This document shows, one piece after another, positions 19,733 through 29,762 of a stretch of DNA of 64,000 nucleotides (positions within the stretch are counted from its first letter, which is position 1; every line of letters starts with the position of its first letter). Under the pieces are notes generated by a model. That model saw only the letters and a program-made list of their open reading frames with translations. It did not search any database and was not told where the DNA came from. The translations under genes and the position numbers were made by a program. Source of the stretch: Candidatus Cloacimonadales bacterium (GTDB lineage: Bacteria; Cloacimonadota; Cloacimonadia; Cloacimonadales; DAONDQ01); assembly GCA_963662275.1 (NCBI GenBank), contig OY759316.1, forward strand, positions 2,272,001 through 2,336,000, written 5' to 3'.

Positions 19733-20359
19733 TTATACTGTGCTCCTCTTCATTTCCCTTTTGGCTTTCTGTAGAAAATCGTTGCTTGTTTCTTCCATCT
19801 GCTTTGTCATTGTCTCAGTTTTTGTAACGAGTGAATTGTAGAACATCAAAGCGATAATTCCAACAATTAAACCGCCTACAGTTGTCAGCAAAGCTTCCCA
19901 AATACCACCTGCTAGTAAGCTGATATCAACTCCTGCAGTGTTGGTCTGAATTTTTTGAAACACTTTTACCATTCCCGTAACCGTGCCAAGAAAACCAACG
20001 AGCGGTGATACTGCTGATAAAGTTGATAACAACCCGAGATGTCTCTCCAGATTGTGAATTTCAAATGATGCAGAAGCTTCCATTCCTTCCTTAGATTCAT
20101 CGATTCCCATATCAAGAAGGTAAAATCCCTTACGGATAACACGTCCTAATGGACTTTTGATCGTATTCGTGGAAAAATATTCCTTCATCTCTGCCATATT
20201 TATCATGGCATTTAGTTCAGAACCAAAGTCTTTATCCAGCTTGCTTGCCTTGTTTAATTCCAACAGTTTCTCAATGATGATGGCAACTGTCATGATAGAA
20301 AACAAAACAAGAACATACATCAAGGGTCCGCCCTTGGTAAATAGATCGATTAAAGACAT
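19733..20359 (-). CDS. exbB: MotA/TolQ/ExbB proton channel
   Basis: SPLVGFLGTVTGM, GIWEALLTT.GL. Confidence 0.9.
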   Translation of the reverse strand: MSLIDLFTKGGPLMYVLVLFSIMTVAIIIEKLLELNKASKLDKDFGSELNAMINMAEMKEYFSTNTIKSPLGRVIRKGFYLLDMGIDESKEGMEASASFEIHNLERHLGLLSTLSAVSPLVGFLGTVTGMVKVFQKIQTNTAGVDISLLAGGIWEALLTTVGGLIVGIIALMFYNSLVTKTETMTKQMEETSNDFLQKAKREMKRSTV

Positions 20360-20813
20360 CTTATGCCCCTTTCAGTTTGATTTTTATAAATTGGAATTCA
20401 CATAAGTATGTTTTTTCTGTCAATGGTTTGTTTTGATTCTCCACGATAAGTTTTATTTTATGACTTCACTGCTCTCTGAAATGCAGGATTTGAAATCCTA
20501 TTAAACTCGTTCAATTATCAGTCTCAATCAATCATACTGCATAATTATCAAGTTACTGCTCCCGTAAAAATATCAATTTGAAATTCTGCAAAGTATTCTT
20601 ACATTGTTTTTTAAAACTTAAGTAATATTAAAAAGAATTAAGTTATTAAAAATTATTGATTATCTTTATGATATGAGTTTTACGAAAGCGGGTTTTCGCT
20701 CCATAGGATGAAAGCTGAATTCTCCGAGTAAATTGATTCATCTATTAATATCAAGGAGACGACATTACACAATTATGAAGGGGCACATCGGTTCATTTCG
20801 ATACAATCTCTCG

Positions 20814-20837
20814 CATTTCGACTTCGCTCAATGACCG
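20814..20837. repeat. dispersed short repeat
   Basis: CATTTCGACTTCGCTCAATGACCG, 22/24 identical to 51598-51621. Confidence 0.7.
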
Positions 20838-21004
20838 AGAAATCACTCAATGAACAGTCTCGTTGGCTGCTCCGGTGAAAGGACAGGTAAACCATGCTGT
20901 CACGATTCCTGAAGTAATCAACACAACAAAAAAGCTTCATAATTGTATAGTTACTAACCAAACAACATAACTAACAAGTGTCTGGTCAGAATTGCTATTT
21001 GTAT

Positions 21005-22865
21005 GAGACTGTTCATGAAGTTATTCATAATATTCAATAAGTTAGAAAGTAGCAAGTTGAAAAAAGTGGTCGAAACGGTCATAATTTAACATACCTTCCA
21101 GAATTGACAGATAAGCTCTGCTAAGGACACCAAATCACAAGTTAAGCTTTTTGACTAAAATTGAAAAACACGCGATTATAAGTAATGTTTCGAAGCCGTT
21201 TCTGACTAAATGTGTAGTTAAAATCATATAAAATAGTTCTTTACAAGTTTTTTGCTATAGCTTCAATGGCATTTGTTACCTGGTAACAAAAGGGAGGATA
21301 TTATGACAAAAAAACACTCCAATTCAAGAAGCGGTAAGTGTTAGTCATGAAAGTAACCAATACCATGTAAGTATTAACGTACCATTTTCATTCACTTTGC
21401 CTGAGACAACATCAAACCACAAGTTCTTAATAGCGTTTCTACGCTTATTAGTAGGAATAGGCGGAGACAACCTCCTTACACTTCAGCAAATAGCTGATCT
21501 GTTTAACTACGCAGACCGCAGGAATGTACATAATTTCTGGCAAGAGTTTGAGCAGCATGGTCATGATATCCTGGCATATTTAAGCCGGAAAGTTGACCTG
21601 CTGGAGTGTATTCCTCAGATCGAGAATTTTGTTATCAATAACCTGCTTTTACCTTTAAATGTCATGTATCAGGAGTTCATCAGCCATCATGATTTTAAAA
21701 TGTCCTATACCACTTTCTGCAAATATGCTTCTCAGGTCAATTCTCTGTCTGTAGTTAAGCAAGCTCAGAAGCTTCTTCTGAAAAAGACAGTAGGCGGTGA
21801 TGCTGTACATCTGCTGAAACTGCTTGCCGGTCAGCAGAATACACCTGTTATCTGTGACAGACTCCTGGAACAAATGAAGACTGCTAAAGGCAATACATCC
21901 CATAGAACCGCCGATGCAAAGCCGTTCCATAGTCTGGAACGCAAGAACCTGTGTCTGCTGGTACATTACCTGGTTGGAAGCGGTATGAACTTCGAGACGA
22001 TAGCTTTGCTGCTCAACACCTGTAAAGCTACAGTCTCAAATCTCTGGCATGAAATCGCTGACCTGCAGAGCCTGATTCTGAACTCAATCGGTAAGTGGAG
22101 CGGAAAGATCAGCATTGATGAGAAATATGTGAAGATCAAAGGTATTCCGTACTATGTCATCAGTATTGTTGATTTTGTGACTCACATCCCTCTGTTTTGT
22201 GAGTTGTATCCTGACACAAAGAAAGAATCATTCGAAGCATGTTTCAGAACCTTCAGACAGCTCTACAGGAAAGATCCAACCCTGATTGTCAGTGATGGCA
22301 GTAAATCGTTAGCAGTTGCAAGAAAAACAGTGTTTCCAAAAGTCCATTACCAACTCTGTAAGTTCCATAAGATACGAAATCTCTTCAAAAGAATCAGTCA
22401 ATGTCATCTCCCTGAAGACAGGGACAAGTTCTTTAAGAAGAGGATTATGAAAGCTTTCCGAAGAGAAACGGCGGGCGGAAGGAAAAAGGGTATCGCAAGC
22501 CTGACAGCTATTACTCCCCCAACCGCCGCCGAATACATCAAAAGCAATATCATTAGTGATTGGAGACACCTCAGCAAAGGTTTGACTTCCAATGTCTCTG
22601 AACGCTGGAACCGCAAAATCAAGAAGGTGACATCCGGTAGATTTGGACTAAAATCTGAAGAAACCACCCGCAACCTTGTGTTTTCGCTTTGGTTCAAAGA
22701 ACTGGTCGATAAAGGTCAACCAATCATGCGTCAGGAATCACTTTTAGCAAGTTTAAATATCTCCCGCATATGTCAAGAAAATGTGGATTGGTCGCACTTA
22801 GACCACTTTTTCTCTGTCACTACCAATAAGGCTGCGTAAAATGGAGGTTAATTTTGAACAGTCTC
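21005..22865 (+). mobile_element. insertion sequence, 1861 bp, DDE type (IS256/Mutator-like with IS6-like features)
   Basis: TIRs GAGACTGTTCA (21005) / TGAACAGTCTC (ends 22865); 8-bp TSD ATTTGTAT at 20997-21004 and 22866-22873; single transposase. Confidence 0.92.
21397..22839 (+). CDS. DDE transposase (true start probably ATG 21303 via frameshift)
   Basis: SIDEKYVKIKG, IVSDG, QLCKFH (CxxH), TSNVSERWN; two HTH-like segments. Confidence 0.88.
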   Translation: MPETTSNHKFLIAFLRLLVGIGGDNLLTLQQIADLFNYADRRNVHNFWQEFEQHGHDILAYLSRKVDLLECIPQIENFVINNLLLPLNVMYQEFISHHDFKMSYTTFCKYASQVNSLSVVKQAQKLLLKKTVGGDAVHLLKLLAGQQNTPVICDRLLEQMKTAKGNTSHRTADAKPFHSLERKNLCLLVHYLVGSGMNFETIALLLNTCKATVSNLWHEIADLQSLILNSIGKWSGKISIDEKYVKIKGIPYYVISIVDFVTHIPLFCELYPDTKKESFEACFRTFRQLYRKDPTLIVSDGSKSLAVARKTVFPKVHYQLCKFHKIRNLFKRISQCHLPEDRDKFFKKRIMKAFRRETAGGRKKGIASLTAITPPTAAEYIKSNIISDWRHLSKGLTSNVSERWNRKIKKVTSGRFGLKSEETTRNLVFSLWFKELVDKGQPIMRQESLLASLNISRICQENVDWSHLDHFFSVTTNKAA

Positions 22866-22982
22866 ATTTGTATTGCAAAAAAAAATCAATAACAATAGAT
22901 TGACTTATTTGAAGTAGTTATTAAAAATATCTTAATTGCATTAATTTTTAAAACTCCTAGTCGTATATTTTCTGGAGGATTA

Positions 22983-25442
22983 ATGAAAAACCAGCAAACA
23001 ATTACGAGATTTATTATAGTTTTGTTTATTCTTTTTTTGTCATTACCTGCTTGGGCAGCTTATCTGACAAATATGGCGGTAACTGTCAATCAACCTGATG
23101 GAACTGAATTGAAGTGCTTTGCATCAGGTGATGAGTATCACAATTGGCTGCATGATTCAAATAATTACACGATAATCCAGTCTCCGGTAACCGGTTATTA
23201 TATGTATGCTGTAAGAAAAGGAACTGCCATTGTCGCAGGAAATTTGATTGCAGGCAGAGTTAATCCAGCGCAAAGAGGTATGATTCCCAATATTAATATC
23301 ACCCAGGAAGAATACAAGATCAAGCGCAGCACAATGTTTCAAGAGCTTGAAATTATGGATGCTCCAACCAGCGGAACGATTAACGACATTGTGATCTTTA
23401 TTCGATTCAGTGGTGAGTCTGACTTTGGTCAAAGCATTTCCACCTATAATGGTTGGTTTAATACAAATACAAGTTCACAAAAGAATTACTTCCTGGAAGC
23501 TTCCTATAATCAGCTAACTGTGAATACAACATTTTATCCTACAGCAATAGGCGGTAATATCGTCTCATGGCAGGATTCTCATATTCGAGGTTATTATCAG
23601 CCATATAATGCAACGACTAATCCCACAGGATATTCGGGAGGTGATAGCGGTGCGGAGCGTACTGCACGTGAATTTACTCTTTTGGAAAATGCAACAAACG
23701 GAATTGCCTCAATAATTCCTGTTGATTTAGCGATAGATTCCGATGGAGACGGTAATGTTGATAATGTTGTTTACGTGATCAGCGGTACTTCCGATGGCTG
23801 GAATAATTTATTATGGCCTCATCAGTGGGCAATTTATGATAGGACTGTGATGATCAATGGAAAGAGGGTTTTCGAGTTTAATCTGCAATTACAGGCTTTT
23901 CTCACTTCTCAGAATGTAGGTGTTATTTGCCATGAGTTTTTCCATACTTTAGGATCGCCTGATTTGTATCACTATTCAGGAGATGGTCTTTCCCCCGTTG
24001 GCGGATGGGATTTGATGGATAATCACAGCAATCCTCCACAACATATGGGTGCCTATATGAAGTATAAGTACGGTCATTGGATATCCTCTATTCCAACAAA
24101 ATCTGCCATTCAATCTTATTCTCTTAATCCTATAACTTCAGCAAGCGGAAATGCCTATCGGATCAATTCACCAAATTCAACAACCGAATATTACATTGTC
24201 GAATATCGAAGAAAAACAGGAACATTTGAAAATTCAATCCATGGTTCAGGCTTATTAGTTTATAGAATCAATTCCGAAATGGGAGGCAATGCCTCCGGTC
24301 CACCGGATGAAGTCTATCTATACCGTCCTGGAGGTACAACAACTTCAAATGGGACAATTAGTTCAGCTTATTTTAGTTCCGGTTCCGGCAGAACAGCTTT
24401 GAATTCTACAACGAATCCCACACCCTTCCTAACTAATGGAAATCCAGGAGGTCTTGTATTATCAAACATTGGTACCGCTGGTTCAACGATTAGCTTTAGT
24501 ATTGGCAATCCAGTACCTGGAGCTCCTATGTGTGAGATAACAGCACCCATTTCCGGAACCATCTTTAATCAAGGAGATATCATCTCAATAGAAGTTAATG
24601 CCACAGATCCATCGAAAAGTGTCTTACAGGTAGATTTTTACTTAGATGGAGCATTAACACCTATTGCCTTCGATAGTACTTCACCATATATTTGGAATTG
24701 GAATACAGACGGTGTTGATGGCGGGTCACATACGATAAGAGCAACAGCAGTCGATAACCTTGGTAATTCGACCTCAAATGATGTTAATGTATTTCTTCTC
24801 GCCTCAGCACAAGAAGGATTCGAGACAGGTGATTTTACTGCTTATCCTTGGGTGCAAAGTGGTGATTTACCTTGGTCTGTTCAATCTTCTGACAAATATT
24901 CTGGAAGTTACGCAGCTAAAACCGGTGGAATCTCGGATAGTCAAACGAGTACTATGGCTGTTACATTGAATATCACAACTGCGGGGAATATTACTTTTGC
25001 CCAGAAAACATCATCAGAAGCAGGATGGGATTTATTACAATTTTATATCGACAATATTGTAACTGGTACTTGGTCAGGAATTACTGATTGGTCAATTAAA
25101 TCATATCCGGTTACTGTTGGATTGCATGAATTCAAATGGCGTTACTCCAAAGATACAAATACAGCCAGCGGAAGTGATTGCGGTTATATTGATCATATAG
25201 TATTTCCCCCGTTCATTGATACAAATCAGCCTGCAAATACATATTTAATACTCAATGGAAACAACCTTGAGCTGCATTGGGATGCTGTCTTGGGGGCTAC
25301 AAATTACAAAGTATATGAAGCAGATAATCCAATAAGAAGCTGGACATTGAAAACAACGGCACTTACAAATGAATATATCCAGGGAATATCAAGCTTGAAT
25401 TCACATAAATTCTATAAGATAATAACTGTTTATTTGCCCTGA
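22983..25442 (+). CDS. M6 family (immune inhibitor A-like) metalloprotease with Ig-like domain
   Basis: Signal peptide, QPDG..GDE, DSDGDGNVD, HEFFHTLGSPDLY, WDLM, VEYR. Confidence 0.9.
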   Translation: MKNQQTITRFIIVLFILFLSLPAWAAYLTNMAVTVNQPDGTELKCFASGDEYHNWLHDSNNYTIIQSPVTGYYMYAVRKGTAIVAGNLIAGRVNPAQRGMIPNINITQEEYKIKRSTMFQELEIMDAPTSGTINDIVIFIRFSGESDFGQSISTYNGWFNTNTSSQKNYFLEASYNQLTVNTTFYPTAIGGNIVSWQDSHIRGYYQPYNATTNPTGYSGGDSGAERTAREFTLLENATNGIASIIPVDLAIDSDGDGNVDNVVYVISGTSDGWNNLLWPHQWAIYDRTVMINGKRVFEFNLQLQAFLTSQNVGVICHEFFHTLGSPDLYHYSGDGLSPVGGWDLMDNHSNPPQHMGAYMKYKYGHWISSIPTKSAIQSYSLNPITSASGNAYRINSPNSTTEYYIVEYRRKTGTFENSIHGSGLLVYRINSEMGGNASGPPDEVYLYRPGGTTTSNGTISSAYFSSGSGRTALNSTTNPTPFLTNGNPGGLVLSNIGTAGSTISFSIGNPVPGAPMCEITAPISGTIFNQGDIISIEVNATDPSKSVLQVDFYLDGALTPIAFDSTSPYIWNWNTDGVDGGSHTIRATAVDNLGNSTSNDVNVFLLASAQEGFETGDFTAYPWVQSGDLPWSVQSSDKYSGSYAAKTGGISDSQTSTMAVTLNITTAGNITFAQKTSSEAGWDLLQFYIDNIVTGTWSGITDWSIKSYPVTVGLHEFKWRYSKDTNTASGSDCGYIDHIVFPPFIDTNQPANTYLILNGNNLELHWDAVLGATNYKVYEADNPIRSWTLKTTALTNEYIQGISSLNSHKFYKIITVYLP

Positions 25443-25716
25443 TAGGGTAACTATCCTCCTGGCAAGAACAGACATATCCTAAATCGGTTTCTAATCGAGG
25501 ATGATATTCACTAGTAAAAAGTTGCTTCCCTTCCATTTTCATGTAGCCGTTGGTAATTTCCAATGCCAACAAGATAAGAAAGACGATGAAAATTGATAAT
25601 ATGATAATGAGGAAAATTCCACAACCAGATGGTTTTACATCTTGTTTTTCACAGGTAAGACATTCAGAGGTTTCTGAGAATACACCATGAACACATTCTT
25701 TACATTTCTTCATCAT
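25363..25716 (-). CDS. hypothetical membrane protein with N-terminal CxxC...CxxC
   Basis: GGGGA RBS, zinc-ribbon-like motif plus TM helix; 3' end overlaps protease gene by 80 bp. Confidence 0.45.
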   Translation of the reverse strand: MMKKCKECVHGVFSETSECLTCEKQDVKPSGCGIFLIIILSIFIVFLILLALEITNGYMKMEGKQLFTSEYHPRLETDLGYVCSCQEDSYPIRANKQLLSYRIYVNSSLIFPGYIHL

Positions 25717-25735
25717 CGCTGCTTCCCCTGAATGC

Positions 25736-27742
25736 TCAACTGACTGTCTCAATCGCCTTTGAGACGGTGTGTTCATTCAAAGTGAAGAATATGGTCGTTC
25801 CAATATTTTCTTCACTTTCAATCCATATCTTGCCTTTATGTCGTTGGATTATCTTCGCCACAGAAGCTAAGCCGATTCCAGAACCGGCGAATTCATTCAA
25901 TTGGTGTAAACGCTGGAATGATTTGAAAAGTTTATCAACATAGCGCATATCAAATCCCACGCCATTGTCCCTGATAAAATATACTGGATGATGATGATCC
26001 ATCAATGATCCAAATTCTATCTGACTAACTTCTTCCTGGGATGTGAATTTCCAGGCATTATCCATAAGGTTGGATAACACATTATGCAAAAGTGCGGGAT
26101 CACCTTCAACCTGGAGATCTTTCGCTATGGAATATTCTATTTTCCGTTCCGGTTCGTGGATGATCAGATTTCCCAGTATTGATTCTGCGATTTGACTCAG
26201 GCTTACGTGTTCATACTTCAGATGAACCCTGGCAACGCGAGAGATTTCCAGTAAAGCATCAATTAACTCAGCCATGCGGATTGATTCTGTACAAAGATGA
26301 TTTAAAATTCCTTTAGCAGTATGATTTAATGAGAGGGCATAATCCGAAATTAAGATATTACTCCAGCCATTGATGTTGCGAAGGGGAGTGCGCAGGTCAT
26401 GCGAGATTGTATAAGCAAAACTCTCTAATTCCTTATTTGATAATTCTAGTTCAGAGGTTCTTTCCAGTACCCGATTTTCCAGTTCGGTATTCAGGTTCGC
26501 TATTTTCTGAGCAGCTAGTTTAGCTTCTGTTATATCTTCCACCATAGTAAGAATATATTCCGGTTTGTTATCAATTCCTTTGACTGTCGATACTGTAAGC
26601 TTTCCCCAGGTGATGTAGCCATTTTTATGTATAAATCGTTTTTCGATTTGGTAGTTATCCAATTTTCCATTGCGAAGTTGCTCATTGAAGTTAAGATCCT
26701 GCTGAAGATCGTCAGGATGGGTAAAATCCCGGAAAGTCATAGCATTATATTCTTCTTCCGTAAAACCAAGATGGTGAATGATCATAGGGTTATTGGTTGT
26801 GAACTGGTTCTTCAAATCATCCAGGGCAATTCCAATCAAGGCATTATCAAATACAATTCTGAAGCGTTTTTCACTTTCCCGATACTCTTGTTCTAATTCC
26901 AGTCTTGTTTCTACAAATTTAGCGCATATATTGCCAATCAGGATACAACTGAGGAAAATCACGATATTTTCAAAACTTAACTGTGAAGTGAACATATTTC
27001 GAATGATGTGATCATAGATATTACGCACAAAAAGCAGATTCAAAAGCGTTAAAAACTGACAGATCAAAAATCCCATAATGATAGATATTAAGATGATCCG
27101 ACAATTATATACGCAAGATTTTTTAACAGGTATATTGAGGATTCTTTTCACGAATGGCAAGAGAAGAAGTGTATCACCAATATTTACATAGAAGAATTGC
27201 AAGAAAACGGATTTAAGCGCAATAGCATACACAGTATCACTAGCTATTGTGGTCAAAGCTCGCGGGAACCAAAACGGAGGATTGAAATGGAAAAATACAG
27301 GATAAAGATAAATCTGCGGAAGAATGTAGAGCAGAAGATAGAGAACTTGTATGGTAAAAACATTGGTCTTCCATGAGGCTTTAACTCGATTTTGGTCAGC
27401 AAAATATCCGTGCCAGATAATCCATCCACAGTACTGAACCATATTGTAAAGATTTGCCCATCCATCTCCAGGCAAACTGATGAAGGGAAAAAGCCATATT
27501 CCCCCAAGAACAATTGAAATGATAGCATATTGCCATCCATATACTAAAGCAATAACCAAGGGGAATATTAAACTCCACTGAAAAGTGATGCTAAATCCGT
27601 GAATCTTGAGAGTGTAAGGTAGTAAGATTCCAACTAAACCTGCAAAGCCAAACAGGATTGCGAGACGAACATTTTTTTGATTCAGATTGGAAAAGGCATT
27701 TCCCCTGTTCTGGGTTTTAAAAGTATTACGTCCATTATCCAA
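25736..27742 (-). CDS. multi-TM PAS-domain sensor histidine kinase
   Basis: THPDD PAS, SHDLRTPL H-box, N box NAWKF, DNGVGF, GSGIGLA; TTG start after AGGAGG. Confidence 0.92.
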   Translation of the reverse strand: MDNGRNTFKTQNRGNAFSNLNQKNVRLAILFGFAGLVGILLPYTLKIHGFSITFQWSLIFPLVIALVYGWQYAIISIVLGGIWLFPFISLPGDGWANLYNMVQYCGWIIWHGYFADQNRVKASWKTNVFTIQVLYLLLYILPQIYLYPVFFHFNPPFWFPRALTTIASDTVYAIALKSVFLQFFYVNIGDTLLLLPFVKRILNIPVKKSCVYNCRIILISIIMGFLICQFLTLLNLLFVRNIYDHIIRNMFTSQLSFENIVIFLSCILIGNICAKFVETRLELEQEYRESEKRFRIVFDNALIGIALDDLKNQFTTNNPMIIHHLGFTEEEYNAMTFRDFTHPDDLQQDLNFNEQLRNGKLDNYQIEKRFIHKNGYITWGKLTVSTVKGIDNKPEYILTMVEDITEAKLAAQKIANLNTELENRVLERTSELELSNKELESFAYTISHDLRTPLRNINGWSNILISDYALSLNHTAKGILNHLCTESIRMAELIDALLEISRVARVHLKYEHVSLSQIAESILGNLIIHEPERKIEYSIAKDLQVEGDPALLHNVLSNLMDNAWKFTSQEEVSQIEFGSLMDHHHPVYFIRDNGVGFDMRYVDKLFKSFQRLHQLNEFAGSGIGLASVAKIIQRHKGKIWIESEENIGTTIFFTLNEHTVSKAIETVS

Positions 27743-27783
27743 AGACTTACCTCCTTGAACAGTCGTGTCCCTCCAGCCTAATC

Positions 27784-28545
27784 TCACGTCACAAAATACT
27801 TCACCACATTGTATATTTCAAGTATCCAGAGCAGGATTCCAAAGAAAATACATAGATAATGCCCGAATCCGGGAGATTCATACTGATTCCCGAGTTTTGC
27901 ATTTACCTTGTTTATATACTTCTGAGGTGGTAAAAGAAAAAGCGTATTCAAGATAAAAGAAGCTGCAAACATACCAGGATCAGCACTACTCTTGATATTC
28001 AGAAACATAAATGGAATGCTCATTAAAACGCCGGCTAATAGCCATCCCCAAAATAGAACTCTCCCATCAAACTTCGCACGCTCGACTTTGTTTAGTTCTT
28101 CGTCCATCTGGATCTTATCCAGGATCATTAATTGGAATAAAAACCAACCGGCTTCCCGATCAAAAGAACGTACCTGTTTACGCTTGTATGCCCAATAAGA
28201 CCACTGTTTGTACCACCAATATAACTGGTACAGACCGAATGATAAGATTGTCATTCGTACTAAACGCTTGATAGGGATGTAAAAATAGATATTATGGGGT
28301 ATTTCAACAGTTCCTTTGTCTAGCGCATCAATACCAGGAAATTCAGTACAATTCATGGTTATTGCAGGAGTATTAAACTTATCCATGATCGGTTTAACAT
28401 CCCGGATCTTTTTCCACAATCCGTCTTCGGTATTCATGATATTGGTATCGAAATCCAATTCCAGTTTGATTAGCATATCCACAATTTTAGTTTCAGCAAC
28501 TGGTCCAATTGTACGTCCGTTGAGCAAATACAACCATTCTTTCAT
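27784..28545 (-). CDS. GYF_2/DUF4339-domain membrane protein
   Basis: N-terminal W.Y..NG...GP...W pattern; C-terminal TM region with FGLY.LYW.YK.W. Confidence 0.7.
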   Translation of the reverse strand: MKEWLYLLNGRTIGPVAETKIVDMLIKLELDFDTNIMNTEDGLWKKIRDVKPIMDKFNTPAITMNCTEFPGIDALDKGTVEIPHNIYFYIPIKRLVRMTILSFGLYQLYWWYKQWSYWAYKRKQVRSFDREAGWFLFQLMILDKIQMDEELNKVERAKFDGRVLFWGWLLAGVLMSIPFMFLNIKSSADPGMFAASFILNTLFLLPPQKYINKVNAKLGNQYESPGFGHYLCIFFGILLWILEIYNVVKYFVT

Positions 28546-28832
28546 ATTAACTCCTATTTCTATTTAGTTTAAAAATACAAATTAGTAGAAATGTCAAGAA
28601 GTGAATTATCTCTTGAATCCTCATTGCTGAAAAAAAAAGATAACTTCATCCTAATTACTGGTAAAATAACCCCGGATTCAGTTACTGAATATGAATTAAT
28701 AAGTTAGATGCAACTATTTACAGCTAGATAACTTACACTATTTTCATATGGATCGATTTTTCAAATTATAATTTGACTTTCTTGCTGGCAATTTATATAT
28801 TATATACAAATTTAAGGAAGGAGATAAAAAAT

Positions 28833-29738
28833 ATGAAAACAAGTTGGTTAATTTTTCTATTAGCCCTGATTTGCTATGCAAATCTAAACTGGGCTGATGA
28901 CGTGGATGTCAATCTTAATACAAATGATGGAACTACAGGATTTTCGGTAAAAAACAATACAACCCCCACACCAGCTACTGTATTACGTGCTAAGAGCGAC
29001 GGTAAAGTTGGTGTTGGTACAACAGACCCAAATCATAAACTCGATGTAAATGGTAATGTCGGTATTTCCAACAATGGATATGTAAATGTTGGAGCAACAG
29101 ACGGATCGACAGGCTATGGATTCCGTGATAACAGCGGCTCGATGGAATATAAGAATACGGGTGGTAGCTGGACACCGTTCAATAATGGCGTAAGCAGTCC
29201 CTACGGTTTTTCTTCATCTACCTATAGTTTTGCTCAGATTGCCTATAACCATGGCAATTATGGCACTACACAGCCTTCCGTTGAAATTGGGGCTGATACA
29301 GCCTATGAGACAATGTTACCAGTTACGCTAGGTACGGGTGGAGGAACACCCTGGGAACTGATTGAAAGTGGAGATGTCACAGTTGCTTACGTGAATGCAA
29401 AGCCCGCCTATCTAAAAATCAATGCAACCGGTCTGTATCATATCAGTGGATCTGTCTCCATTAAAGGCACAGCGAATACATCAATTGAGGTTGAAGTTTT
29501 TAGACAAAACTCAGGTTCTATTCCGTTAACAACCAGTTGGATAACCGGAACACACGATTTGGAAGCTTTATCAACGGCTCTTTCCGTAACCAATGGTCAG
29601 TATGATGCCGGTAGTGTGAATGGTTTTTATCAACTGAATGCAAATGATTATTTAGCTCTTTGTTCAAGAGTGGTTAACGGCAGTACAAATACACAAAAAG
29701 TAATATGCATCAATTTTAACGTTGAACGGGTCAAGTAG
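28833..29738 (+). CDS. secreted fibre-like protein with C1q/TNF-like C-terminal head
   Basis: Signal peptide, GKVGVGTTDP..KLDVNG motif, INATGLYHISGSV...QLNANDYL; ATG 28833 after AAGGAG. Confidence 0.65.
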   Translation: MKTSWLIFLLALICYANLNWADDVDVNLNTNDGTTGFSVKNNTTPTPATVLRAKSDGKVGVGTTDPNHKLDVNGNVGISNNGYVNVGATDGSTGYGFRDNSGSMEYKNTGGSWTPFNNGVSSPYGFSSSTYSFAQIAYNHGNYGTTQPSVEIGADTAYETMLPVTLGTGGGTPWELIESGDVTVAYVNAKPAYLKINATGLYHISGSVSIKGTANTSIEVEVFRQNSGSIPLTTSWITGTHDLEALSTALSVTNGQYDAGSVNGFYQLNANDYLALCSRVVNGSTNTQKVICINFNVERVK

Positions 29739-29762
29739 CTTCAGGATATGCAGGAGTATATC

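Noticed and set aside
14761..20861. Composite transposon bounded by TIR-like 10-12-mers
   Set aside because: No TSD, no internal transposase, and the cargo is housekeeping genes
20773..20961. 62-aa ORF
   Set aside because: Contains the translation of a dispersed repeat (VIERSRN); likely spurious
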